A stretch of 64,000 bases of DNA, from positions 3,008,001 through 3,072,000 of the forward strand of contig OZ244720.1 of NCBI GenBank assembly GCA_965219085.1, read 5' to 3'. The notes beneath the pieces were generated by a model. The model saw only the letters and a list, made by a program, of their open reading frames with translations, was not told the origin of the DNA and did no database searches. The stretch comes from Dehalococcoidia bacterium (GTDB lineage Bacteria > Chloroflexota > Dehalococcoidia > UBA2979). Of this stretch, positions 42,626-52,098 are shown in pieces; the first letter of the stretch is position 1, and the number at the start of each line of letters is the position of its first letter. The translations under genes were made by a program, and so were the position numbers.

Positions 42626-44914
42626 GTGGTCACCACTGACAAGCCCGAGTACAAGGTCGTCGGCACCCGCCCGATCCGCCCCGACGGGGCAGACAAGGTC
42701 ACCGGCCGCGCCGAGTACGGCGCCGACTACCACGCAGCCGACCTGCTGCACGGCCGCGTGCTGCGCAGCCCGCACGCCCACGCCAGGGTCCTGAGCATCG
42801 ACACCTCGAAGGCCAGGGCCCTCGACGGCGTGCGTTCGGTCATCACCAACGCTGACTTCCCGCAGGCCTCCGACGAGGTCGTCGACCTGGGCGAAGGCGC
42901 CGCGACCAGCGCGCGCTGGCTGCTCGACAACGTCCTCGCCAGCGACAAGGTGCTGTACCGCGGCCACCCCGTGGCGGCCGTCGCAGCCACCGACCCGCAC
43001 ATCGCCGAGGACGCCCTCGACCTCATCGAGGTCGAGTACGAGGTCCTCGAGCCCGTGCTCGACGTGATCGAGGCGATGGACGAGAACGCACCGCTGCTGC
43101 ACGACTTCCTCCGCACGGAGGAAGTCGCCGGCATGTTCGACCCGCCCGGCGGCCTCGGCGACACGCCGACCAACATCGCCAAGCACGCGAAGTTCGAGGC
43201 GGGCGACGTCGACGCCGGTTTCGCCGAAGCCGACGTGATCATCGAGCGCGAGTTCCGCACCTCGATGGCCCACCAGGGCTACATCGAGCCGCACAACGGC
43301 AGCGCGTTCTACAACCGCGACGGCCACCTCACGGTGTGGACGAGCACCCAGGGCTCGTTCGGCATCCGCGAGATGATCGCCACGCTGATGGACATGCCGA
43401 TTTCGAGCGTGACCTGCGTGCCGATGGAGATTGGCGGCGGCTTCGGCGGGAAGATCCCCGTCTACCTCGAGCCGCTCGCGGCGATGATGTCGAAGCAGAC
43501 CGGCCGCCCGGTCAAGCTCGTCATGACGCGCCAGGCCGTGCTCGAAGCCACGGGGCCGACGTCCGGCACCGTGGTGCGCGCCAAGATCGGCACGAAGAAC
43601 GACGGCACGATCACGGCCGCCTCCGTGTGGCTGGCGTTCGAGGCCGGGGGCTACCCGGGCTCGCCGTTCACCGCCGGCGCGATGTGCGCGCTCGGGCCGT
43701 ACGAGATCGAGAACGCCGTGGTCGAGGGCTTCGACGTCGTGGTCAACAAGCCGAAGGTCTCGGCCTACCGCGCGCCCGGCGCGCCGCAGACCGAGTTCGC
43801 CGTCGAGTCCATCATCGACGAACTGGCCGAGCGGCTGGAGATGGACCCGATGGACCTGCGGCAGAAGAACGCCGCCACAGAGGGCACGCGCCGCGTCGAC
43901 GGCGCCGTCTTCGGGGTCATCGGCAACGAAGAGGTCATGGACGTTGTCAAGAACAGCGACCACTACCGCTCTGAGCTGCAGGGTGAGAACCGCGGCCGTG
44001 GCGTCGCCATCGGCTTCTGGTTCAACGTCGGGTTCGAGTCCAGCGCCTACGCGAACGTGAACCCGGACGGCACGGTCAGCCTGGTGCTCGGCTCGGTCGA
44101 CATCGGCGGCACGCGCGCCTCGCTCGCGATGCAGCTGGCGGAGACGCTGGGCGTCGCCAGCGACGACGTGAAGCCGCACGTGGTCGACACCGACTCGGTC
44201 GGCTTCACCGGCGTCACCGGTGGCAGCCGCACGACCTTCGCCGGTGGCTGGGCCTGCTACGAGGCCGCGATGGACATCCGTCGCCAGATGGAGGAGCGCG
44301 CTTCCCAGATCTGGGAGGTTGACCGCGACTCCGTCTCCTACGGCGACGACGGCGTCATCCGCGGGCCCGGGGACGACCAGAGCCTCACCTTCGGCGAGCT
44401 GGCTGGCCAGCTCCCCGCGACCGGCGGCCTGATCCAGGGTCAGGCGGACGTCTCGCCGCTGACGTCGGGACCGGCGTTCGCCGGCCACATCGTCGATGTC
44501 GAGGTCGACCCCGAGACCGGCAAGGTCGACGTGCTCCGCTACACCGCGGTCCAGGACGTCGGCACGGCCATCCACCCCTCGTACGTCGAGGGGCAGATGC
44601 AGGGCGGCGTCTCGCAGGGCGTCGGCATGGCGCTGACCGAGGAGTACTTCTACTCCGACGACGGCACGATGCTGAACTCCAGCCTGCTGGACTACCGCAT
44701 GCCGACCGCGCTCGACCTGCCAATGATCGAGACGCAACTCGTCGAGGTGCCGAACCCCGGTCACCCGTACGGTGTGCGTGGCGTCGGCGAGGTGCCGATC
44801 GTGCCGCCGCTCGCGGCGGTCGCGAACGCCGTCTCCGCGGCGCTCGGCCAGCGCATGACCACGCTGCCGCTCACGCCGCGGCAGATCCTCGAGGAGACGG
44901 TGCTCGAGGAGTAG
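42626..44914 (+). CDS. Xanthine dehydrogenase family molybdopterin-binding subunit (paralog 1)
   Basis: KVTGRAEY, HQGYIEPH, GGGFGGK, AYRAPG, GGSRTT, EGQMQGG, RGVGEVP. Confidence 0.93.
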   Translation: MVTTDKPEYKVVGTRPIRPDGADKVTGRAEYGADYHAADLLHGRVLRSPHAHARVLSIDTSKARALDGVRSVITNADFPQASDEVVDLGEGAATSARWLLDNVLASDKVLYRGHPVAAVAATDPHIAEDALDLIEVEYEVLEPVLDVIEAMDENAPLLHDFLRTEEVAGMFDPPGGLGDTPTNIAKHAKFEAGDVDAGFAEADVIIEREFRTSMAHQGYIEPHNGSAFYNRDGHLTVWTSTQGSFGIREMIATLMDMPISSVTCVPMEIGGGFGGKIPVYLEPLAAMMSKQTGRPVKLVMTRQAVLEATGPTSGTVVRAKIGTKNDGTITAASVWLAFEAGGYPGSPFTAGAMCALGPYEIENAVVEGFDVVVNKPKVSAYRAPGAPQTEFAVESIIDELAERLEMDPMDLRQKNAATEGTRRVDGAVFGVIGNEEVMDVVKNSDHYRSELQGENRGRGVAIGFWFNVGFESSAYANVNPDGTVSLVLGSVDIGGTRASLAMQLAETLGVASDDVKPHVVDTDSVGFTGVTGGSRTTFAGGWACYEAAMDIRRQMEERASQIWEVDRDSVSYGDDGVIRGPGDDQSLTFGELAGQLPATGGLIQGQADVSPLTSGPAFAGHIVDVEVDPETGKVDVLRYTAVQDVGTAIHPSYVEGQMQGGVSQGVGMALTEEYFYSDDGTMLNSSLLDYRMPTALDLPMIETQLVEVPNPGHPYGVRGVGEVPIVPPLAAVANAVSAALGQRMTTLPLTPRQILEETVLEE

Positions 44915-45082
44915 CACCGACGCGCGTGAGCGCGTACGACGGCAAGTACACACTGGCGGCGCCAACCGGCGCCGCCAGTGCCGTGTTGCAGGCATCCACT
45001 TGGCGGCCGTACGATCGAGGTGGTGAGGCGATCCCACATCGGGCGCGCCGCGGACGCACCCTCATGCAGTCGGGAGTAGGCG

Positions 45083-45340
45083 ATGGCCAATCAGGGAGCG
45101 ACTCCGCCGACCGACTCTGACTCGGACCCGACGGGTCCCCAGTCCGAGCGTCGTGGCGCGTCGAACGGACGACGGCGCCTGATCGATCTGGAGCCCGGGC
45201 CCGAGGAAACGGTGTTCAAGGGGATATATCCCGGGTTTCGTGACGCCGACCGAACCTGGGTAAACGCCGCCGAAACCGCCGCGAGAGCGATGATCACGGC
45301 GTCTACCGCAAAGGCCATGGTCGCCACCGAGGCGAGGTAA
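45083..45340 (+). CDS. Small hypothetical ORF antisense to the 3' end of the membrane-protein gene
   Basis: TACGAT -10 at 45010 and GGGAG RBS at about 45072; low-complexity N-terminus. Confidence 0.4.
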   Translation: MANQGATPPTDSDSDPTGPQSERRGASNGRRRLIDLEPGPEETVFKGIYPGFRDADRTWVNAAETAARAMITASTAKAMVATEAR

Positions 45341-45762
45341 CCCTTTCTCTTCAGCCTCCGTTCATTGAAGGCTATCGACAGCATTGTCTCCTGGGCGATC
45401 CACCTCCGGACTGTCGGCTCGTCCTAGGCGTCCGAGTGGTCCCGGAGCGTGGGGAGCGCGGGGCGCACACTCCAGCGTGAACCCATGTAGGCCAGCACCG
45501 TCACGGCCACGACGACGAAATATACGGCGACAGCCAGAACGTACAGCACTCTCGCCGCGCCCTCGGTGTCCGCAAACACAAAGAGAGCTCCGAACAGCGG
45601 CGCGAGTGCGGCGATGAGATAGAACATGTTGGCCACCTTCGTATCGAGCGCGTCCACTCGGCGGAGTTGCTCGTCGAGGCGCCAGCGGGCGATGTCGTAG
45701 AAGGCATTCTCTGCCGTCGCGGCGTCGACGACGTCGCCGGTCCCCGACTCGTTTGCCGGCAT
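45091..45762 (-). pseudogene. Three-TM membrane protein interrupted by an in-frame TAG at 45424-45426
   Basis: ORFs 45424-45864 and 45091-45384 share a frame; reads QLRRVDALDTK-TM-TM...HSDA*DEPTVRRW...NERRLKRKGYL-TM. Confidence 0.65.
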
Positions 45763-45903
45763 GTTGGGCTCCGGAATCGCGGTGGGGCGGCCCCGATACT
45801 CTACGACAGCGTGGCGAGTGAAGCTGCGAGGCCTCGCCGTCGCCGCGCCCGCGAGCGGGTACAATCCCGGCGAACTGATTCACCGCGCCCAGGGAGGTTC
45901 CCC

Positions 45904-48198
45904 GTGGTAACCACCGAGAAGCCCGAGTACCGGGTCGTTGGAACGAGGCCGGTCCGGCCGGATGGCGCCGACAAGGTCACCGGACGGGCGCAGTACGGCG
46001 TCGACGTGGCACTGCCGGGCATGCTCTACGGCCGCGTGCTGCGCAGCCCCTACGCCCACGCCCGCATCCTCAGCATCGACACCTCGAAAGCCGAGGCGCT
46101 CGACGGCGTGCGCGCGGTGACGAGCTTCGCCGACCTGCCGATCCGCGACGAGGAGACTGTCGTCGACATCGGTGAGGGAGCCGCCGAAGGGCGCTGGATG
46201 GCGCGGCTGGTGTTCGCAGACGACAAGGCACTGTTCAAGGGCCACGCCGTGGCCGCCGTCTGCGCCACCGACCCCCACATCGCCGAGGACGCCCTCGAAC
46301 TGATCGAGGTCGAGTACGAGCCGCTGCCGGTGGTCCTCGACGCGCGCGAGGCGATGGACGAGAACGCACCGCTGCTGCACCCGGACCTGCTCACCGAGGA
46401 GGTCGCCGGCTTCGGCGTCGGCGACGTGTCCACGAGCAGGCCGTCGAACATCGGCAAGCACTGCGAGTTCGCGATGGGTGACGTGGACGCCGGGTTCGAG
46501 GAGGCTGAGATCATCCTCGAGCGCGAGTTCGAGACCTCGGCGTACCACCAGGGCTACATCGAGCCGCAGAACGGCGCCGCGATGTGGAACGCGGACGGCG
46601 AGCTGACCGTGTGGGTGAGCAGCCAGGGCCCGTTCGTCGTGCGGGCGCAGCTCGCGCAGTTGCTCGACCTGCCGCTCAGCAAGGTCAAGGTCGTGCCGAT
46701 GGAGATCGGTGGCGGCTTCGGCGGCAAGATCCCGCTCTACATGGAGCCGATGGCCGCCATCATGTCGAAGAAGACCGGCCGCCCCGTCAAGATGATCATG
46801 ACGCGCCAGGAGGTCCTCGAGTCGACCGGCCCGACGCCGGGCTCGTGGGTGCGCGCCAGGATCGGCGCAAAGCGTGACGGCACGCTCGTCGCGGCCGATG
46901 TGGCGCTCGCGTTCGAGTCGGGCGGGTTCCCGGGTTCGGCGTTCGTCGCCGGGGCGCGTTGCGCGCTCGGGCCGTACGACATCCCGAACATGCACGTCGA
47001 GGGCTGGGACATCGTCGTCAACAAGCCGAAGGTCGCCGCCTACCGGGCGCCCGGCGCGCCGCAGACCGAGTTCGCCGTCGAGTCGCTGATGGACGAGCTC
47101 GCCGAGACGCTTGAGCGCGACCCGATGGAGCTGCGCCGCCAGAACGCGGCTGTCGAGGGCACCAGGCTCGCGGACGGCACGGCGCTCGGCGTGGTCGGCA
47201 ACACGCAGGTCATGGACGCGATCACGCAGAGCGACCACTATCGCTCCGAGCTCCAGGGTGAGAACCGCGGCCGCGGCGTCGCGATGGGCTACTGGGGCAA
47301 CGGCGGCATGGAGACGAGCGCCCTCGCCAACGTCAACGCCGACGGCACCGTCAGCCTCGTCGTCGGCACGGTCGACATCGGCGGACTGCGCGCGACGCAC
47401 GCGATGCAGCTCGCCGAGACGCTCGGCCTGTCGTACGAGGACGTGCACCCGAAGGTCGTCGACACCGACAGCGTCGGCATGACCTCGGTCACCGGCGGCA
47501 GCCGGAGCACGTTCGCCGGCGGCTGGGCGATGCACGAGGTCGGCATGGACCTCCGCAGCCAGCTCGAGGCGCGCGCGGCGCAGATCTGGGAGGTCGACCC
47601 CTCGGACGTCACGTACGGCGACGATGCCGTCGTGCGCGGCCCCTCGGACGGTGACGAGGAGCGCAGCATGACCTTCGGGGAGCTCGCCGGGCAGCTGGCG
47701 ATGACCGGCGGCATGATCCAGGGCAGCGCCTCGGTGAAGCCGACCACCGTCGGCGTGACGTTCGCCGGCCACATCGTGGACGTCGAGGTGGACCCCGAGA
47801 CCGGCAAGGTCGACGTGCTCCGCTACACCGCCGTGCAGGACGTCGGCACCGCGATACACCCCTCGTACGTCGAGGGGCAGATCCAGGGCGGCGCGCTGCA
47901 GGGCGTGGGGATGGCGCTGACCGAGGAGTACTTCTACGACGACGACGGCGTGATGCGGAACTCGAGCCTGCTCGACTACCGCATGCCGACGGCGCTCGAC
48001 ACGCCGATGATCGACGCGATCCTCGTCGAGGTACCGAACCCCGGCCACCCGTACGGGGTGCGCGGGGTCGGCGAGGTGCCGATCGTGCCGCCGCTGGCGG
48101 CCATCGCCAACGCGATCCACGATGCCGTGGGCGTGCGCATGGCGAAGCTGCCGGCCACGCCGCGCGCGATCCTCGAGGAGCTGGAGCCGGACGCCTAG
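45904..48198 (+). CDS. Xanthine dehydrogenase family molybdopterin-binding subunit (paralog 2)
   Basis: Colinear with paralog 1: HQGYIEPQ, GGGFGGK, AYRAPG, RGVGEVP; own TACAAT -10 and GGGAGG RBS. Confidence 0.93.
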   Translation: MVTTEKPEYRVVGTRPVRPDGADKVTGRAQYGVDVALPGMLYGRVLRSPYAHARILSIDTSKAEALDGVRAVTSFADLPIRDEETVVDIGEGAAEGRWMARLVFADDKALFKGHAVAAVCATDPHIAEDALELIEVEYEPLPVVLDAREAMDENAPLLHPDLLTEEVAGFGVGDVSTSRPSNIGKHCEFAMGDVDAGFEEAEIILEREFETSAYHQGYIEPQNGAAMWNADGELTVWVSSQGPFVVRAQLAQLLDLPLSKVKVVPMEIGGGFGGKIPLYMEPMAAIMSKKTGRPVKMIMTRQEVLESTGPTPGSWVRARIGAKRDGTLVAADVALAFESGGFPGSAFVAGARCALGPYDIPNMHVEGWDIVVNKPKVAAYRAPGAPQTEFAVESLMDELAETLERDPMELRRQNAAVEGTRLADGTALGVVGNTQVMDAITQSDHYRSELQGENRGRGVAMGYWGNGGMETSALANVNADGTVSLVVGTVDIGGLRATHAMQLAETLGLSYEDVHPKVVDTDSVGMTSVTGGSRSTFAGGWAMHEVGMDLRSQLEARAAQIWEVDPSDVTYGDDAVVRGPSDGDEERSMTFGELAGQLAMTGGMIQGSASVKPTTVGVTFAGHIVDVEVDPETGKVDVLRYTAVQDVGTAIHPSYVEGQIQGGALQGVGMALTEEYFYDDDGVMRNSSLLDYRMPTALDTPMIDAILVEVPNPGHPYGVRGVGEVPIVPPLAAIANAIHDAVGVRMAKLPATPRAILEELEPDA

Positions 48199-48231
48199 CG
48201 TCCGGCGCGAACCTGGGCCGGGAGGCACGAG

Positions 48232-48495
48232 ATGGCGAAAGTCTTCGTACCCGCGCTGATGCGCAAGCTGTCCAACGACGAGCCCGTCGTCGACGTACCG
48301 GGCAAGACGCTCCGCGAGGTCGTCAACAACCTTGAGGAGACCTGCCCGGGCATGAGGGACCTGATCATCCAGGACGGCCGCGTGCGGCCCGGCCTCCAGC
48401 TCGCCGTCGACGGCGTGCTGTCGGCGACGGGCCTGATGGCGAAGGTGCCGGAGGACGGCGAGGTGCACATCCTGCCCGCCCTCGGCGGCGGGTAG
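48232..48495 (+). CDS. MoaD/ThiS family ubiquitin-like protein
   Basis: VFVPALMRKL...EVHILPALGGG, ending in di-glycine. Confidence 0.88.
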   Translation: MAKVFVPALMRKLSNDEPVVDVPGKTLREVVNNLEETCPGMRDLIIQDGRVRPGLQLAVDGVLSATGLMAKVPEDGEVHILPALGGG

Positions 48496-48741
48496 CCAGC
48501 CCCTCGCATCGGCGAGGCGCAACGGGCCGGAGCGTTCCGTGGCGCGGGGGCACGGCCGGGCCGCCTCGCGCTACCGCACGACACGCCCGGCACGCCCGGA
48601 GGACGCCACTCTATCGATTGAATGTGGCCGCGGCGAACGCCGCCGTATCCGCGCGCGATGCGGCCCGCGCGCTCAGGACTGTTATCCTCCTGTCAGCGAC
48701 CCGCCCACGTGGGGCGGGCGTGGTGCAACGGGAGGTGCCGT

Positions 48742-49032
48742 GTGCCGAGCTACCTGTCACTCGCGAGCTGGACCGACCAGGGGATACGCGACCTGAAGGA
48801 TGCCCCGGACAGACTGGACGCCCTCAAAGAAGCCGTGTCGGCGGCGGGCGGCCGCGTGATCTTCTTCTACATGCTGATGGGCGAGTACGACATGGCGACG
48901 CTCATCGAGATGCCGGACGACGATGCCGCCGCTCAAGTCGCGCTCCGCACGGGCATGTCCGGGAACGTGCGTACGCAGACGATGAAGGCGTTCACCGAGG
49001 AAGAATTCCGCACCGTCATCGGCGGGCTGTAA
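48742..49032 (+). CDS. GYD domain protein
   Basis: WTDQGIR, GEYD, GNVRTQTMKAF. Confidence 0.88.
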   Translation: MPSYLSLASWTDQGIRDLKDAPDRLDALKEAVSAAGGRVIFFYMLMGEYDMATLIEMPDDDAAAQVALRTGMSGNVRTQTMKAFTEEEFRTVIGGL

Positions 49033-49293
49033 GCCTGGTCTTGATTCGGTTCGACGCGCAACCTGGCGAGGCCACCCGAGCGGACGGCCGCCCGCCTCCG
49101 GTGCCCCGTATTCGGCGGGTGTTGGCTCTCCGGTCCTGACAGACGTCCCGCGTCCGGAGGCGGGCGGGATCGCTCACGCCGCGGGCCAGTCTGCTAGACT
49201 GCGCCGCGACGTAAGCCGCTTCGCGGGCAGGTGCTCCGCGTTGCGGGGATGAGCGGGCGGCTACCCGCACAAGCAAGACACAGGAGGTGCAGA

Positions 49294-50151
49294 TTGACGC
49301 AAGACAGATTCGGCGGAAACATCGACGCCCCGATCGAGCGAACTCCGCTGCCGGACTGGCCGTATGAGGAACTGCTCTACGAGACCATCGACAACGGGCG
49401 CATCGCGCTGATCACGATGAACCGCCCCGAGCGGATGAACTCCAGCGACCCGGAGATGGGCGAGCGCTTCTATCGCGCGTGGACTACCTTCGCCGAGGAC
49501 GACGATCAGTGGGTCGCGATCGTGACCGGCGCAGGCGACCGCGCGTTCTCGGCAGGCCAGGACCTCAAGATCCGTGCTGAGCTGGAGCTGGAAGGCGGCG
49601 ACGCGCCATACCAGCGGCGTGCGCCGAACGTCACGCCGCTCGGCGAGAAGCTCGGGTGCTGGAAGCCGACGATCGCCGCAATCAACGGCTTCGCAATCGC
49701 GGGCGGCTGGGCCATGGCCCAGAACTGCACGTTCCGCATCGCCGAAGAGCACGCGGAGATGAACATCGCCGAGGCGCGCTGGAACCAGGGCGCGGGCTTC
49801 GTGGCCTGGCTGCCGCGGCTGATGAGCACCTCGCACGCACTCGAGGTCTGCATCATGGGCGACCGGCGCGTCAGCGCGCAGCGGGCCTACGAGATGGGCT
49901 TTGTGAACAAGGTGGTGCAGAAGGGTCAGTCGGTCGAGGAGGCCGTTGACTGGGCGCGGACGATCTGCCGGATGGCGCCGCGCGCGGTGCGCAACTTCCA
50001 CCAGCTGATCTTCCAGTGCTTCAACATGAGCATCGAGGAGTCTCAGCAGGCTTCGCAGGCGCTCGAGTTCAACCTCCGCGGCATGGAGGACTCGGTCGAG
50101 GGCCCGCTGGCCTTCGCCGAGAAGCGCCCGGCCGTCTTCAACAACCGCTAG
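49294..50151 (+). CDS. Enoyl-CoA hydratase/isomerase family protein
   Basis: MNRPERMN, TGAGDRAFSAGQDL, KPTIAAINGFAIAGG, EGPLAFAEKR; AGGAGG RBS before TTG. Confidence 0.92.
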   Translation: MTQDRFGGNIDAPIERTPLPDWPYEELLYETIDNGRIALITMNRPERMNSSDPEMGERFYRAWTTFAEDDDQWVAIVTGAGDRAFSAGQDLKIRAELELEGGDAPYQRRAPNVTPLGEKLGCWKPTIAAINGFAIAGGWAMAQNCTFRIAEEHAEMNIAEARWNQGAGFVAWLPRLMSTSHALEVCIMGDRRVSAQRAYEMGFVNKVVQKGQSVEEAVDWARTICRMAPRAVRNFHQLIFQCFNMSIEESQQASQALEFNLRGMEDSVEGPLAFAEKRPAVFNNR

Positions 50152-50170
50152 GCCGCAGCGAGCGAACAAC

Positions 50171-50228
50171 CGGGCGGCCCTCCAGGGCCGCCCGACACCA
50201 CAAGGGCGGCCCCGAGGGGCCGCCCTTT
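50171..50228. terminator. Two related hairpins between convergent genes (probable bidirectional terminator)
   Basis: CGGGCGGCCC-TCCA-GGGCCGCCCG and AAGGGCGGCCCC-GA-GGGGCCGCCCTTT. Confidence 0.6.
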
Positions 50229-50276
50229 GGTATATCCCGGGCATGCGCGCCCGGGATCCATGTTACATAAGCGGGA

Positions 50277-50822
50277 CTAGTCGCCGAGCGTTGTGTCGTA
50301 GCCGAGCGCGCGGATCTCCTCGACGTACTCGGCGCGCCAGCCCGCGGCGGGGATGCGGCGGTGCAGGCTACGGAACTCGGCGTGGTAGCGCAGGTACTCT
50401 TCCTCCAGGCGCCGCCGCCACTCCGCCTCCTCGCGGGCCGCGTCAGGGGCGACCTCCTCGAAGGGCAGCTCGAACTGCTCCTCGGCGAGCTCGTACTCGT
50501 CGCGCCAGTACTCGGCGAGGTAGTCGAGCGAGTCCTCGAGGTCGCGGCGGCAGTCGAGCATGTACGTTTCGAGGAGCTGTCCGGCGTCGGCGACCGTGCC
50601 GCGCAGGCGCTCGCTGCCGGCGCACGGCGTGCAGAGGGTGGTGAGCTTGCGCGCCTCGCACGCGTCGCCGCGCGGGCAGTTCTGGTGCCGAGGGGCGAAG
50701 GGCGAGAGGTCGGGCTTGCGCGAGTATCCGACGACCAGTTCTTCCACGTCGGCCTCACAGCGCGGGCAGGTGAGGCGTCGCGCGAAGATCTGGTTGATGG
50801 CGTTCTCCCAGTCGATCTGCAC
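50277..50822 (-). CDS. Hypothetical Cys-rich (possible Zn-binding) protein with acidic helical C-terminus
   Basis: CPRC..HQNC..C..CTPC; GGAG RBS before GTG; promoter upstream. Confidence 0.75.
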   Translation of the reverse strand: MQIDWENAINQIFARRLTCPRCEADVEELVVGYSRKPDLSPFAPRHQNCPRGDACEARKLTTLCTPCAGSERLRGTVADAGQLLETYMLDCRRDLEDSLDYLAEYWRDEYELAEEQFELPFEEVAPDAAREEAEWRRRLEEEYLRYHAEFRSLHRRIPAAGWRAEYVEEIRALGYDTTLGD

Positions 50823-50902
50823 GTCGCACGCTCCGATCAACCGATGACGGCGTTCGGCGCAGACCCGCCGCGTCGAGTTCCGGCGAGCCGGCTGCCCGAT
50901 CG

Positions 50903-50930
50903 ATGGTACGCAGGGCGTGGAAACTGTCAA
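50903..50930 (-). promoter_or_regulatory. Sigma70-type promoter for the Cys-rich gene
   Basis: Minus strand TTGACA-16 nt-TACCAT. Confidence 0.6.
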
Positions 50931-50994
50931 CGCGGCCAGGCCGGCGACCCGAAGCACCCGGCTGTACCATGGTGAGGCATGGGAGCGCGCAGGG

Positions 50995-51552
50995 ATGACC
51001 ACCACCGAGACCAGGCTGCTCACCGCGGACGACCTGCTGCAACTCTACGGCCGAGGCGTGCGTGGCGAGCTGATCCGGGGGGTGCTCTGCGAAACCATGT
51101 CAACGGGACAAGAGCACGGCGAGATAGCGGCGAACCTGACCATCGCTCTCGGTACCCTTGTCAAGCCTCGCAAACTCGGACGGATCACCACGTCAGACGC
51201 GGGCGTGCGGCTTGAACGGGATCCCGACACCGTACGAGAGCCGGATGTCGCGTACTTCTCCGCTGAGCGGATGCCACCTGGCGTTCGGGTTACGGGGTAC
51301 TCGGAAACGGTTCCTGACTTGGTTGTCGAAGTCGCGTCCCCCAGCGACAGCCGCCGCGAGGTCAACGACAAGGCACGGATGTGGGTGAGCTACGGCGTCC
51401 GCCTCGTGTGGGTCGTGCACCCGGACACCCGCACGGTGGACGTCCACCGACCCGGCGAGGCCGTCGCCACCCTTGGCGAGGACGACGCGCTCGACGGACT
51501 GGATGCGCTGCCGGGCTTTATGTGCCCGGTCAGCGACGTCTTCGCCGAGTAG
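50995..51552 (+). CDS. Uma2 family (PD-(D/E)XK) endonuclease
   Basis: GELIRG, HGEIA, PDTVREPDVAY, PDLVVEVASPSD, GVRLVWVVHP, LPGF. Confidence 0.92.
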   Translation: MTTTETRLLTADDLLQLYGRGVRGELIRGVLCETMSTGQEHGEIAANLTIALGTLVKPRKLGRITTSDAGVRLERDPDTVREPDVAYFSAERMPPGVRVTGYSETVPDLVVEVASPSDSRREVNDKARMWVSYGVRLVWVVHPDTRTVDVHRPGEAVATLGEDDALDGLDALPGFMCPVSDVFAE

Positions 51553-51573
51553 CCAGAGCCAGGTTCCGAGGTA

Positions 51574-52098
51574 CTACGAGCGGAAGGTCGCCGGCCAGTC
51601 CGGCTTGAGGTGGCGGGCGTAGCTGCCGCTCTGTCCGGGCATCTCCTCGATCTCCACGTCGATGCGCGTGAGGTTGCCGTGGTCGCCCGCAGCGAGCGAG
51701 GCGAGCACGCGCCGGGCGACCCACTCCGCGAGCAGTTCGGCAGTGCTGTTCTCGATCGGCAGCGCGACGACATCGCTCGCCGGGAAGCGGTACTCGCGGT
51801 CGCCGAAGCGGATCGTCCAGCCGTCGGCGTCCTCGACGATGTCGAGCAGGCGGGAGTCGCGCTGGAGCAGGAAGCGGTGGTCCAGCGCCTCGCACGCGTC
51901 GCGGACGGCGCGCTTGAGCGCGCTGAAGTCGATCACCCAGCGGTCGGCGGTGAGTGCGCCGTCGACGCGGCAGCGCGCGATGTAGTTGTGCCCGTGCAGC
52001 GGCTCGAGGTCGTCGCCAAGCGTGGCCATGTGCGACGCGGCGAACCGCAGCCGCACACCCTCGACGGTGACGGCGCGGGAGACCTGACTCTCGTTCAT
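51574..52098 (-). CDS. 6-pyruvoyl-tetrahydropterin synthase family protein (PTPS-III-type motif)
   Basis: FAASH..LEPLHGHNY, IDF, LDHRFL, NSTAELLA, EE.PGQ. Confidence 0.88.
   Translation of the reverse strand: MNESQVSRAVTVEGVRLRFAASHMATLGDDLEPLHGHNYIARCRVDGALTADRWVIDFSALKRAVRDACEALDHRFLLQRDSRLLDIVEDADGWTIRFGDREYRFPASDVVALPIENSTAELLAEWVARRVLASLAAGDHGNLTRIDVEIEEMPGQSGSYARHLKPDWPATFRS

Noticed and set aside
45424-45426. Pyrrolysine or genetic-code reassignment of TAG
   Set aside because: TAG terminates many normal genes in this window (guaA, typA, dapL, korB) and no pyl genes are present
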